Shown one piece after another: positions 1-9,376 of a stretch of 64,000 nt of DNA; positions within the stretch are counted from its first letter, which is position 1, and every line of letters starts with the position of its first letter. The stretch comes from Gemmatimonadaceae bacterium (GTDB taxonomy: Bacteria > Gemmatimonadota > Gemmatimonadetes > Gemmatimonadales > Gemmatimonadaceae). The position numbers and the translations under genes are program-made. The stretch covers positions 5,307 through 69,306 of the forward strand of contig JAICNG010000003.1 in the NCBI GenBank assembly GCA_025931335.1, read 5' to 3'. A model generated the notes under the pieces. It had not been told where the DNA came from and made no database searches. It worked only from the letters and a program-made list of their open reading frames with translations.

Positions 1-1606
1 GCGCGTCCTCGTGGCGCCCGAGGAGGGCGAGGTTGTCCGCCAGCCAGAAGCTGCACGCGAGGAAGGCGCCTTCACCGGGGGGAAGGCCATCGTCGGTGAG
101 CTCGCTGTCGTAGCGATACACCAGCCCGTCCGCGACGAGGCGCTGCTCGATGGCCGCCACCGTCCCCACGACTCTCGGATCGTCGGGGGGCAGGAAGCCG
201 ACGAGTGGTATCTGGAGGAGGCTGGCGTCGAGCTGCGAGCTGCCATACGCCTGGACGAACGAGCTCACCGACGCGTTGAATCCGCGCGCGCACACCTCGG
301 CGTGGATGTGCTCTCGCAGCTGCCGCCATCGGTCGAGCGGACCGTCAAGCGCGAAGTGCTCGGCAGTCTTGATGGCCCGGTCGAGCGCCACCCAGGCCAT
401 GACCTTCGAGTGCGTGAAATGTTGATTCGGTCCGCGAACCTCCCATATGCCGCGATCGGGCTTGTCCCACACCGTCTCGAGATAGCCGACGAGCGCCTTC
501 TGCAGGTTCCAGCCATCGCTGCCCGTTAGGCCGTGGCGACGGGCGTGGTGCAGCGCGTCGAGCACTTCGCCGAACACGTCGATCTGCAGCTGGCCGTAGG
601 CGGCATTGCCGACGCGCACCGGAAGCGATTGCTCGTATCCTTGCAGCCAGGGAACCTCCCACTCCATGAGGTGCCGCTCGCCCCCGAGTCCGTACATGAT
701 CTGTAGATCGGCGGGGTGACCCGCGACGGCGCGCAGGAGCCACTCGCGCCACGCCTGCGCCTCCTCGATGTAGCCGGCGTCCATCAGCGCCAGCAGCGTC
801 AGCGTCGCGTCTCGAAGCCAGCAGTATCGGTAATCCCAGTTCCGCCGACCGCCCGGCTGCTCGGGAAGCGACGTGGTGGGCGCGGCCACGATGCCACCGG
901 TGGGTCGGTAGGTGAGCGCCTTGAGCGTGATGAGCGAGCGCATCACCGGTTCGCGCCACTCGCCATGGTACGAGCATCGCGACGCCCACGCGGTCCAGAA
1001 CGCTTCCGTGTCGGCCAGCGCCTTCTGCGCATCGACGCCCGACGGCGGTGGCAAGTGCGACGCCCCATAGGTCATCACGAAGCACGCCGTCTCGTCGGGA
1101 CCAACCGCGAATTCGCTGACGGTGCTGAGCCCCTCGCCGCGCAAGGGCACGTTCGACCGGATGATGACCATGTCCGGTCCCGCGATCGCGCGCATCGCGC
1201 CGTCATCCAGACGCGTCACCCACGGAATGCTCGAGCCATAGTTGAATCGAAGCATCAGCTCCGAGCGCATCGCGACGCGGCCGCGCTTGCCACGCACGAT
1301 GCGCACGAGATCGGACATTGGCCCGCGGAGCGGCATGAAGTCGGTGACCGTGACCTCTCCCTCGGCGCTGACGAACGTCGTCTCGAGAATGAGGGTGTCG
1401 CGTCGATACCGGCGCGTACTCGTGGCACGAGGATCGACGGGGGCGACGCGCCACCGCCCGTTGTCCGGGGTGCCGAGCAGCGCGGCGAAGCACGCGCCGG
1501 AGTCGAACCGTGGCCAACAGAGCCAGTCGATGGAGCCGTCGAGGGATACGAGCGCCGCCGTCTCGCAATCGCCCAGCAGCGCGTAGTCTTCGATCCGGGA
1601 CGTCAC
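1..1606 (-). CDS. Glycoside hydrolase family 15 (glucoamylase/trehalase-like); C-terminus lies beyond the left window edge
   Basis: Absent from the ORF track because it runs off the edge. My minus-strand translation from GTG at 1606 gives VTSRIEDYALLGDCETAALVSLDGSIDWLCWPRFDS..., then ...NWDYRYCWLRDATLTLLALMDAGY... and ...GLPPGEGAFLACSFWLADNL, typical GH15 N-domain and (alpha/alpha)6 motifs. Third-position GC is high. Confidence 0.85.
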   Translation of the reverse strand, partial: MTSRIEDYALLGDCETAALVSLDGSIDWLCWPRFDSGACFAALLGTPDNGRWRVAPVDPRATSTRRYRRDTLILETTFVSAEGEVTVTDFMPLRGPMSDLVRIVRGKRGRVAMRSELMLRFNYGSSIPWVTRLDDGAMRAIAGPDMVIIRSNVPLRGEGLSTVSEFAVGPDETACFVMTYGASHLPPPSGVDAQKALADTEAFWTAWASRCSYHGEWREPVMRSLITLKALTYRPTGGIVAAPTTSLPEQPGGRRNWDYRYCWLRDATLTLLALMDAGYIEEAQAWREWLLRAVAGHPADLQIMYGLGGERHLMEWEVPWLQGYEQSLPVRVGNAAYGQLQIDVFGEVLDALHHARRHGLTGSDGWNLQKALVGYLETVWDKPDRGIWEVRGPNQHFTHSKVMAWVALDRAIKTAEHFALDGPLDRWRQLREHIHAEVCARGFNASVSSFVQAYGSSQLDASLLQIPLVGFLPPDDPRVVGTVAAIEQRLVADGLVYRYDSELTDDGLPPGEGAFLACSFWLADNLALLGRHEDA

Positions 1607-1607
1607 G

Positions 1608-2648
1608 CTAGGCCTCGAGATCGAGGACGACCTTCACGTCGTCCGGCTCGTCGCGGAGCGCCGCGCGCCACTCCGCCAACGGCACTCGACGCGTGATCAT
1701 CCGCGCGAGCCACGACGCGTCCGCGCGACACAGGGCATCGACCGCCGCTTCGTGGTGGCGGCGGTTCGCGTTCACAGTGCCGAAGACGACGTCGTTCTCG
1801 AGCACAATGGTGCGATTGAGCTGCGCGACATCGACGGACATCCGCTGCCCGCCGTGTGACACGCCGGTGAGGCAGACGATACCAGAGCGCGCGCTGCGTG
1901 AGAGGACATCCCAGATCACCGCGCTCGCTCCGGTGCACTCCACGATTACGTCCGCCCCATCGCTCACGTCCATCAGCTCGCCGACGTGATATTCGGCCCC
2001 GAGGGCGCGCACGAGCTCCGGCTTGATGCCGGTGGGGTCCCGATCGAACACGTGTACGGCGAGGCCGCGCTGTCGTCCGAGAAGCGCGGCCAGCAATCCG
2101 ATGGGCCCCGCTCCCGTTACTAACGCGGTGCGGGGTTTCCAGAGCGCCCGCGCGCCGATGCGCTCGATGTGCTCCCATGCCTTGGCCACGATGCTCGCCG
2201 GCTCGATGAGGACGGCGAGCATCCCGAGCGAGTGGGGCACACGCACGAGCCGCTCCGCCTCCAGACGATAGTAATCGGCGGCGAACCCGTGCCGGCGGAG
2301 GATGCCGTGCTCGGTATACTGCCCATTCCGACACATGTCCCACTCCCCCGCGGCACAGTTCGCGCACGGCACGGGATCGGGATGACGCACCATTGGGACG
2401 ACCAGATCGCCGACGTGAACTCCGCCACCCCCGTCGACGCGCTCGACTCGGCCGAGCGCCTCATGACCGAGGACGAGCCGATCCTCGCCGGGCGGTGCCT
2501 GGCCATAGTCGCCATCGACGATCTCACGGTCCGTTCCGCAGATGCCGACGGCGAGCCCGCGCACCAGCACGCTTCCCGCATCGGGAACCGGGACATCGTC
2601 GAGCCGGGCGCTGTCCGCCACACGCGGGCGCACGGTCAGCGCGCGCAT
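1608..2648 (-). CDS. Zn-dependent medium-chain dehydrogenase, glucose 1-dehydrogenase-like
   Basis: ORF 1608..2732, with the start moved to MRALTV (2648). The 28 upstream codons are Arg/Ser-rich and would overlap the divergent M23 gene. Motifs GICGTDREI, GHEALGRV and a GAGPIGLL Rossmann fold. The stop lies 1 nt before the GH15 GTG. Confidence 0.8.
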   Translation of the reverse strand: MRALTVRPRVADSARLDDVPVPDAGSVLVRGLAVGICGTDREIVDGDYGQAPPGEDRLVLGHEALGRVERVDGGGGVHVGDLVVPMVRHPDPVPCANCAAGEWDMCRNGQYTEHGILRRHGFAADYYRLEAERLVRVPHSLGMLAVLIEPASIVAKAWEHIERIGARALWKPRTALVTGAGPIGLLAALLGRQRGLAVHVFDRDPTGIKPELVRALGAEYHVGELMDVSDGADVIVECTGASAVIWDVLSRSARSGIVCLTGVSHGGQRMSVDVAQLNRTIVLENDVVFGTVNANRRHHEAAVDALCRADASWLARMITRRVPLAEWRAALRDEPDDVKVVLDLEA

Positions 2649-2719
2649 GTGTCGCCCTGATGGACGTGAGCGAAGACCATGGACCCGGGTCGAGGCACGA
2701 TTGATACCATGCTTGCGAC

Positions 2720-3409
2720 ATGACGCGATCACGACTCCTCACGACGATGCTGGTCATCATCACCGCCTGCCAGGTCGTGCACGAGGGGGACCACGTGGTC
2801 TCCGACACGGCGGTCGCGCCGTCGGACACGCAGACGATCGAGCTCTCGGGGCCAACTCGGGAACCGGTCACCGACACGCTCATCGCGCTGGACAACGGCG
2901 GAGTGGTGGGAAGCGACACGCCGCGAGTGGCCGTTCCGCGCGCCGACGAGCTGTCGGCGCTCGGCGCGACGCTCGCGATTCCGGTGGCCGGTGTGAAGGC
3001 GGAAGAGCTGCTCGACACGTTCAACGAGATGCGTGGAACGCGGCGACACGACGCGCTCGACATTCCCGCGCCGCGGGGCACGCCCGTGCTGTCGGCGACC
3101 GATGGGCGCGTGCAGCGGCTGTTCACCAGCGAGCGGGGCGGTCTGATGATCTATGCCTCGGATTCGAGCGAGCGCTTCGTGCTGATGTACGCGCACCTCG
3201 ACCGGTACGCCGATGGTCTCACCGACAGTACGACTCTGCGACGGGGCCAGGTGATCGGATACGTCGGCACGACGGGAAACGCGCCGCCGCACCTGCCGCA
3301 CCTCCACTTCGCGATCGCGCGCTCGACGGACGTATCGCGATGGTGGGAGGGAACGCCGCTGGATCCGCTGCCGTTGCTGAAAAAAACGGGGGCGCTGGAG
3401 CAGCGCTAA
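2720..3409 (+). CDS. M23/LytM family metallopeptidase, lipoprotein-type signal (LVIITAC)
   Basis: HDALDIPAPRGTPV (HxxxD) and PHLPHLHFAI (HxH) motifs, with an N-terminal lipobox. Confidence 0.8.
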   Translation: MTRSRLLTTMLVIITACQVVHEGDHVVSDTAVAPSDTQTIELSGPTREPVTDTLIALDNGGVVGSDTPRVAVPRADELSALGATLAIPVAGVKAEELLDTFNEMRGTRRHDALDIPAPRGTPVLSATDGRVQRLFTSERGGLMIYASDSSERFVLMYAHLDRYADGLTDSTTLRRGQVIGYVGTTGNAPPHLPHLHFAIARSTDVSRWWEGTPLDPLPLLKKTGALEQR

Positions 3410-3450
3410 GGGCGCTGGAGAAGCGCTTTTGCCAGCGCTTCTCCAGCGCT
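3391..3450. repeat. GCGCTGGAGAAGCGCT unit x3 (two direct, one inverted), forming a perfect 16-bp hairpin; family A
   Basis: ggcgctggagcagcgct (3391-3407), ggcgctggagaagcgct (3411-3427), agcgcttctccagcgct (3434-3450). It lies between convergent genes, and the first unit overlaps the last codons of the M23 gene. Confidence 0.85.
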
Positions 3451-3455
3451 CCCGA

Positions 3456-3950
3456 TTATCTGTTGTTCCTGATCTCCGTCAGGATCTCTCGCGGCGAGTA
3501 GCCGGGGCAGAACCACCGGGTCGCGCTCGCGGCCGCGGTGATCGTCATGTAGCCGGTGCGCGGCAGAACATACTGCGCGCCGACCGCAAGTCCCCACAGC
3601 ACGATGAAGAGCGAGAGCGTGTGCGCGCGCGGCATGCGACCGCGCCACGTCCACCGCGCGGACCACAAGCCGCCCACGATCACGACTAGCGCGGCACCGA
3701 GAAACCAGAACAGCCCCGATCCGCAGTCGCGCGCGTAGGGCCAGAAATAGATGCCGATGGCGACGGCGCTCGAGAGTCCGATGCGCACCATCGCGCCGTT
3801 GGTCAGCTCTTCGGGGGTGAGCGAAGCGACCGCGAGTCCGTTGGGGGAAACACGCCCCGGCTTTCCGGTAGCACCGTGCGTGTCGTACTCGCGCTCGATC
3901 TTCTTGAGCTCGGCCTTCCAGTTGATGATGTCGGTCACGGGTGGCTCCAT
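3456..3950 (-). CDS. Hypothetical integral membrane protein (about 4 TM segments)
   Basis: ORF 3456..4001 with the start taken at MEPPVTD. Hydrophobic segments AVAIGIYFW, LFWFLGAALVVIVGGLW, LSLFIVLWGLAVGA. No family recognised. Confidence 0.55.
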   Translation of the reverse strand: MEPPVTDIINWKAELKKIEREYDTHGATGKPGRVSPNGLAVASLTPEELTNGAMVRIGLSSAVAIGIYFWPYARDCGSGLFWFLGAALVVIVGGLWSARWTWRGRMPRAHTLSLFIVLWGLAVGAQYVLPRTGYMTITAAASATRWFCPGYSPREILTEIRNNR

Positions 3951-4109
3951 GGGGGTAACGACCCCTGCACAGGTGAGACGGGGAAGCGCCGCGCAGGGCA
4001 ACGCCCGCGGTGACGGCTCCTCTTCGGTCGCCCGAACCTGCGTTCGCGTTCATCCCGAACACGCGCCAAATTGCGGTGTATCTCACAGGCACAATCACCC
4101 GAGAACACC

Positions 4110-4838
4110 GTGACAACTGACCGAACGACGATCGCCAGCGCCATTCTCGCCGTGGGGCTGGTGCTTGCGGGATTGCTCGTCGGCGGTGGATTCGCGCGGG
4201 GCCGCGACGCCGATCACTTCGTGACCGTGAAGGGGGTGTCGGAGCGCGAGGCCCGGGCCGACCTCGCCATCTGGCCCCTGGGCATCGTCGCCGCCGACAA
4301 CGATCTGAGCCGGGCGCACGCTAGCCTGTTGCGGAGTGTGCGTGAGGTGAAATCGTTCCTCGCGCGCAACCAGATCGACACCACCGACCTCACGCTTCAG
4401 CAATTCGTCGTCAACGACGCGATGACCAACCAATACGGCGGCGGGCAGGTGACGACGCGATTCGTCATCCGCCAGACGGTGGTCGTGCGATCGACGCAGC
4501 CGGATCGCGTGGCGGCGGCGAGTCAGCGAGTGGGCGAGCTGGTGGCTGCCGGCGTGGTGTTGTCGTCGGGTGGCGAGTACGGGCCGGGCGGCCCCACCTA
4601 CGTGTTCACGAAGCTCAACGATCTCAAGCCGCCGATGATCGCCGAGGCGACGGCGAGGGCGCGCGAGGCGGCGGAGCAATTCGCGCGCGATGCGCAAAGC
4701 GACCTGGGTGGGATTCGCCGCGCGAATCAGGGCATCTTCGAGATCCTTCCGCGCGATCAGGCCCCCGGCATCTTCGAGGGCAATCAGATTCTGAAAACGG
4801 TACGCGTGGTCTCGACGATCGAGTATTTGCTCGACTGA
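4110..4838 (+). CDS. SIMPL/DUF541-like periplasmic protein with N-terminal membrane anchor
   Basis: ORF 4071..4838 begins with TTG; a GTG at 4110 is nearer the TM anchor IASAILAVGLVLAGLLVGGG. The overall pattern (VTVKGVSERE...DLTLQQFVV...) resembles the SIMPL domain. The family call is from memory. Confidence 0.6.
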   Translation: MTTDRTTIASAILAVGLVLAGLLVGGGFARGRDADHFVTVKGVSEREARADLAIWPLGIVAADNDLSRAHASLLRSVREVKSFLARNQIDTTDLTLQQFVVNDAMTNQYGGGQVTTRFVIRQTVVVRSTQPDRVAAASQRVGELVAAGVVLSSGGEYGPGGPTYVFTKLNDLKPPMIAEATARAREAAEQFARDAQSDLGGIRRANQGIFEILPRDQAPGIFEGNQILKTVRVVSTIEYLLD

Positions 4839-4980
4839 CAGGTCACGTAGGTCGTTCGTGGCGTCAGGAAATTGTCGAGAAAAATCACGGTTGGCGCGTG
4901 AGCCGTCTCGCCGATCGCCGTGCTGGGCGCGACCTTTGCGCTGGACACCCCCGCTCCGCACGCTTATCACTTGACAGTCG

Positions 4981-5430
4981 ATGATTCTTCCCACGCGCAT
5001 GCCTTCACGATTACTCGTTTTGCTCGCGGCGCTCGTCGTCGCCTTCCCGTCGCTCGCTGCCGCGCAGTCGCCTGCGGCGCCCGCGAACCCGGCTGCCGAC
5101 ACGGTGGCGCTCGCGCTCGCGACGTACGATTCGGCCGCCGCGGGACAGGTCGAAATGGTCGTTCGCGCACGCCATCGTGAGGTGCAGTTCTGCTTCGAGG
5201 AAAGCGGACTCAAGACCGATCCGGAGCTGGCGGGCGTGTTCGCGATGGTCCTCACCCTCGACACGCTCGGGACCGTGTCTCGCGTCGACCCGTCGCATCG
5301 GGAGTGGAGCGGCCCTGATGGAGCCGCCGTCGAGGAGTGCGTGATGGAGCGCGCCAAAACGTGGAAGTTCCCGGTGCGTCTCGCGGCGGCGGCGGCGCGC
5401 CACGAAGTCACCTTCCGCTTCTCCAGATAA
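4981..5430 (+). CDS. Secreted hypothetical protein (signal peptide, Cys pair)
   Basis: Signal peptide SRLLVLLAALVVAFPSLAAAQS. The C-terminal domain carries CFEE...EECV and possibly resembles an AgmX/PglI-type C-terminal domain. Confidence 0.55.
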   Translation: MILPTRMPSRLLVLLAALVVAFPSLAAAQSPAAPANPAADTVALALATYDSAAAGQVEMVVRARHREVQFCFEESGLKTDPELAGVFAMVLTLDTLGTVSRVDPSHREWSGPDGAAVEECVMERAKTWKFPVRLAAAAARHEVTFRFSR

Positions 5431-5702
5431 TGCCTTGCCTGTTCGCGGTCTTCGCGCTGCTCACGCCGCGGCTCCTCATTGTCGTTCTCTGGTTCTTCAC
5501 CACCTGGTTCCGCGGGATCTTCGATTCCCTGCTCTTCCCCATCCTCGGCCTCATCTTCCTGCCGACGACGCTGCTCTGGTACACGGCGGTCCACCACTGG
5601 TTTGGAGGAGAGTGGAGCCTGTGGCCGATCGTCGGCCTCGTCATCGCGCTGATGATCGACATCTCGCCCGCGGGCGGGCGGCGTCGCCCCAAGGCGGCGT
5701 GA
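5430..5702 (+). CDS. Small membrane protein (90 aa)
   Basis: The second part of ORF 5337..5702. The ATG at 5430 overlaps the upstream TAA (TAATG). Sequence MPCLFAVFALLTPRLLIVVLWFF... has 3 hydrophobic segments. Confidence 0.55.
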   Translation: MPCLFAVFALLTPRLLIVVLWFFTTWFRGIFDSLLFPILGLIFLPTTLLWYTAVHHWFGGEWSLWPIVGLVIALMIDISPAGGRRRPKAA

Positions 5703-6094
5703 AAGCTCCGAGCTTCGGGCTGCTCCTCGTCGCCGCATTCGCGGTCGGGACCGGCCTCAACGGGATCTACAACGGCGCCACGGATCTTCCCACCGCGCCG
5801 AACGCGGCCGCGACCGTGCTCGGGGTGGTCAACATCGTCATGGGCATCGCGGGACTGACCGCGGCGGCGCTCATCTGGCGTCGCCACCGACTGGCGACGC
5901 CGGTGATCATCGCATGGGGAGCAACGGCCGTGGCGGCATCGGTGCTCGGCCCGCGCGCGTACGCTCCCGAGGCGGGGTGGCCGGGCGCGATCCTCGGCGG
6001 GGTGGTGACGGCGGCGCTCGTCGTCACCATCGTCCTCTACGCGAAATGGCGCCTCGGCTTCACGGCTGGCGGTGAATCGTCCCCTGCTTCATGA
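5699..6094 (+). CDS. Membrane protein (131 aa)
   Basis: The distal part of ORF 5435..6094. The GTG at 5699 overlaps the upstream TGA (GTGA). Four hydrophobic segments. Confidence 0.5.
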   Translation: MKAPSFGLLLVAAFAVGTGLNGIYNGATDLPTAPNAAATVLGVVNIVMGIAGLTAAALIWRRHRLATPVIIAWGATAVAASVLGPRAYAPEAGWPGAILGGVVTAALVVTIVLYAKWRLGFTAGGESSPAS

Positions 6095-7373
6095 CGAGGC
6101 GAACACGGCGCAGCGCCCCGATGTCGCGCAGCGGATCGCCGTCCACCGCAATCACATCCGCGAGCAACCCGGGACGCACCGACCCGATCTGATCGTCGAG
6201 GTGCAGGACGCGCGCGTTCACCGACGTGGCGGCGCGCAGCGCCTGTAGGGGTGTGAGCCCGTAGTCGACGAGCAGCTCGAGCTCGCGCGCATTCTCGCCA
6301 TGCGCGAATACGCCCACATCGCTCCCATTGCAGATCGTCACTCCCGCATCGAGGGCGGCGCGCACGCTCGCGCGCTTTTCACGGATGCGTGCCGGATCGG
6401 GATCAATCCCCTTCTTCCACCCGCGGTACTGAAGCACCGCGTCTCCCGCGGCGATGGTGGGGCAGAGCGCCACACCCTTTTGCGCCATCAACCTGAAGAC
6501 CTCCGGCGTGCCGCCATCTCCGTGATCGATGGTCTCGACACCCGCGAGAACGGCGCGACGCATTCCCTCCGGCGTCGTCGCGTGCGCGACGACCGGTCGG
6601 CCCCCGCTGCGCGCAATCTCGACGAGCGCCGTCAGCTCGTCCTGTGTGAAGGCGGGGCGGGCTTCGCCCGTGGGGCCCCATCGATAGTCCGCGTACACCT
6701 TGATCCAATCTGCGCCACGGGCACTCTGGTCGCGCACGACGCGCCTGATGTCGTCGATCCCGCTCACCTCTTCGGCGCCCTGCGGAATCACGAGCTCGGG
6801 CGCGAACCCGGACGGAGCATACGTCCCGTTCGCGACGATGGCGCGCGTCGTCACGATCAAGCGCGGCCCGGGGATGATTCCTTGCTCGATCGCATCGCGA
6901 AGTCCGACGTCGGCATAGCCCGCGCCCTCGGTGCCGAGGTCGCGCAGCGTGGTAAAACCGGCCAGCAGAGTCGCGCGCGCGTGTGCGGTAGCGCGCGCCA
7001 CGCGCAGCGCCAGCGACTCGCGTAACACCTGGTCGTCCCACGAGGTTTCGTCGTACGGGTGGAGCAGCAGGTGCGAGTGCGCATCGATGAGTCCCGGAAG
7101 GAGCGTCATCCCCGGGAGCTCGATCACGCGCGCACCAGCGGCGCTCACATCACCGGCCGGTCCCACCGCCGAGATGCGATCGCCGCGAACGAGTACCACC
7201 CAGCCTTCTCGGGATTGCGCGGCGACGCCGTCGAACACTCGCGCCGGCCGAAGGAGTACGGATGACGGAGCGCGGGCCGTGTCAGCGCGTTGTGCCGCAG
7301 CGGACGCGGGAGCTAGTGTCGCGAGGAGGGCGAAAAGCGCGAGGGCGGCCGAGCGCCCTCGCGCGACGCTCAC
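6060..7373 (-). CDS. Amidohydrolase-family metallo-hydrolase (imidazolonepropionase/prolidase-like), secreted
   Basis: ORF 6060..7838 with the start moved to GTG 7373 ([28 protein letters not shown] signal peptide). Motifs [20 protein letters not shown] and NGSDV are metal-ligand motifs. Confidence 0.8.
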   Translation of the reverse strand: MSVARGRSAALALFALLATLAPASAAAQRADTARAPSSVLLRPARVFDGVAAQSREGWVVLVRGDRISAVGPAGDVSAAGARVIELPGMTLLPGLIDAHSHLLLHPYDETSWDDQVLRESLALRVARATAHARATLLAGFTTLRDLGTEGAGYADVGLRDAIEQGIIPGPRLIVTTRAIVANGTYAPSGFAPELVIPQGAEEVSGIDDIRRVVRDQSARGADWIKVYADYRWGPTGEARPAFTQDELTALVEIARSGGRPVVAHATTPEGMRRAVLAGVETIDHGDGGTPEVFRLMAQKGVALCPTIAAGDAVLQYRGWKKGIDPDPARIREKRASVRAALDAGVTICNGSDVGVFAHGENARELELLVDYGLTPLQALRAATSVNARVLHLDDQIGSVRPGLLADVIAVDGDPLRDIGALRRVRLVMKQGTIHRQP

Positions 7374-7771
7374 GCGGCGTCGGCCCCGGGATCGGGCGAC
7401 GGACGAGGCTCGACGCTTTGGTCCTTGCCATTGCCGCCGTTCCGGCCGGCGAAGAACCACCGCAGCAGCCAGACCACGAGGAGGATGGGAAGTGCGATCT
7501 TGAGGAGCGCGAACCCCACCGCGAGGACGGCCGAGATGACGCCGATGATCGCTATCCCCGCACCCACGACGAGGAGCAGCGGAAGCCCGATGATCGCCAG
7601 AAGCAGCAGGAGCGGGGCACCGACGATCAGGAGTACCAGCAGGATCGGGATCCCCACCACCTTGAGCATGGCCGCAATCGGAAGCAGGATGACGAGTAGC
7701 GCCGCGAGGACCGCCCCGAGCGACCGCTGCAGGACCAGCTTGAGCAACCAGGCTTTCACGAGCGTCCACAT
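7370..7771 (-). CDS. Hydrophobic membrane protein (133 aa)
   Basis: ORF 7370..7771. Extremely Leu/Ile/Val-rich with about 4 TM segments. Its stop overlaps the amidohydrolase GTG (GTGA). Confidence 0.55.
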   Translation of the reverse strand: MWTLVKAWLLKLVLQRSLGAVLAALLVILLPIAAMLKVVGIPILLVLLIVGAPLLLLLAIIGLPLLLVVGAGIAIIGVISAVLAVGFALLKIALPILLVVWLLRWFFAGRNGGNGKDQSVEPRPSPDPGADAA

Positions 7772-8011
7772 GGCGACCTCCTCGCGGTGTCATGCCGTTT
7801 GGCCATCCTACGAAGCCGGCGAGAGGAAGTTTCACCATGGCCGTCGCCCCCTAACGAGTAAACGTATGCCCGCCATGCGATTCCAGGCGTGTCACATCCG
7901 CACTCCGAATCCCGCGAGCCCCGCTGCGTTGAGCGTGCGCGCCGCCGGGCGGGATGGCAAGGCCGCGTTGACGGCGGCTGACGCGGAACGCCCCCTGCGT
8001 AGGCTCGTCCC

Positions 8012-8707
8012 ATGACCAACTCACGCTCCTCGGCGCTCATCACCGGCGCGTCACGCGGCATCGGCCGCGCGATCGCGCTGCGCCTCGCCCCGCGCTGGCA
8101 CATCCTCGCCCTCGCGCGCACCGTCCCGGAGCTCGAGACGCTGGCACAGGAGATTCGGGGCAAGGGCGGCACCTGCGAGCAGCTGGTTGTCGACGTCACC
8201 GACGGGCGCGCCGTGCGCAGTGCCCTCCAGGGACGCGAGGTCGACGTCGCCATCAACAATGCCGGCGTGGGCGTGATGAAGCCGTTCGTCGAGCTTCAGC
8301 CCGACGAGTGGCAGCTCATGATGGACGTCAATCTCAACTCGGTGTATCACGTGACGCACACGGTCCTGCCGGGGATGATCGCGCGCAGTCGCGGACACGT
8401 GATCATCATCGGGTCCATCTCGGGAAAGGCAGGCTTCGCCGGAGGGGCGGCCTATTCGGCCACGAAATTCGCCGTCACCGGATTCGCCGAGAGTCTGATG
8501 CTCGAGGTGCGCGACGCAGGGGTGAAGGTCTCGGTCGTGATGCCCGGCTCGGTGGCGACGTCGTTCAGCCGAACTGGGCGGGATCAATCGTGGAAGCTGA
8601 TGGCGGAGGACGTCGCCGCATCGGTGGAGTTCGTGCTCGATACCCCGCAACGCATGCTGGTCGACCGCATCGAGATGCGTCCGCTGAATCCGCCGAAGAA
8701 GACGTGA
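8012..8707 (+). CDS. Short-chain dehydrogenase/reductase (SDR)
   Basis: TGASRGIG cofactor motif, NNAG, and the S...YSATK catalytic triad. Confidence 0.85.
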   Translation: MTNSRSSALITGASRGIGRAIALRLAPRWHILALARTVPELETLAQEIRGKGGTCEQLVVDVTDGRAVRSALQGREVDVAINNAGVGVMKPFVELQPDEWQLMMDVNLNSVYHVTHTVLPGMIARSRGHVIIIGSISGKAGFAGGAAYSATKFAVTGFAESLMLEVRDAGVKVSVVMPGSVATSFSRTGRDQSWKLMAEDVAASVEFVLDTPQRMLVDRIEMRPLNPPKKT

Positions 8708-9081
8708 GGGGCGCGACGATCGGCGCCCTCGCCGCCGCATTGGTCGCCGCCCCGATGCTCCCGGCCCAGGAACGCGGACCAACCATCGCTGCCGCGCGCG
8801 CCGCGGTGTTCGTGTCCTCGTCGGCGCCCTCGCCCGCCCCACGATCGATCGAGCTCCAGGCGTCGTGCGGGTCGGTGCTGAAGAACGGGGCGCTGCTCGG
8901 ACTTGGCCTCTCGCTGGCGACGGCGGTGATCGAACTGATGTATACCATCGTGCGCGAGCCGTTCGTCCGAAACGGACATGATCTCCCCGCCGCCGATCCG
9001 GCGCTCATCGCGTGGGCGGGGGGGGCAGGATTCGTCATCGGCCTCGTCGGCACCGAGGTCTGCCGGCGCAGGCGGCGTTAG
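8704..9081 (+). CDS. Hypothetical secreted/membrane protein (125 aa)
   Basis: The distal part of ORF 8308..9081. The GTG at 8704 overlaps the SDR stop (GTGA). It has a signal-like N-terminus and two C-terminal TM segments. Confidence 0.45.
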   Translation: MRGATIGALAAALVAAPMLPAQERGPTIAAARAAVFVSSSAPSPAPRSIELQASCGSVLKNGALLGLGLSLATAVIELMYTIVREPFVRNGHDLPAADPALIAWAGGAGFVIGLVGTEVCRRRRR

Positions 9082-9092
9082 GCGGGCGCCGG

Positions 9093-9302
9093 ATGGCTAC
9101 ACGGCGAATCGTGGGGTTCCATCGCGACGAGGAGGAGCACTGGGTGGCCGACCTCGAGTGCGGCCACACGCAGCACGTGCGGCACGATCCGCCCTGGCAG
9201 GTGCGCCCCTGGGTGATTACCGTCGAGGGACGCGCCGGGCGAATTGGCACCACGCTCGAGTGTCGACGATGTGATGAGCCCCCCTCGCCCGGAGCACCCT
9301 GA
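9093..9302 (+). CDS. DUF3565-like small protein (69 aa)
   Basis: ATG at 9093 inside ORF 9012..9302. The HWVADLECGHTQHVRHDPPWQVRPWV motif and a terminal CRRC; family assigned from memory. Confidence 0.6.
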   Translation: MATRRIVGFHRDEEEHWVADLECGHTQHVRHDPPWQVRPWVITVEGRAGRIGTTLECRRCDEPPSPGAP

Positions 9303-9376
9303 CTACCGCGACCCCCCCGAGTACTGGCTTCCTCGACACACCCCTCACGCGCCACGCGAAGGTCGAGGTCCCGCTC

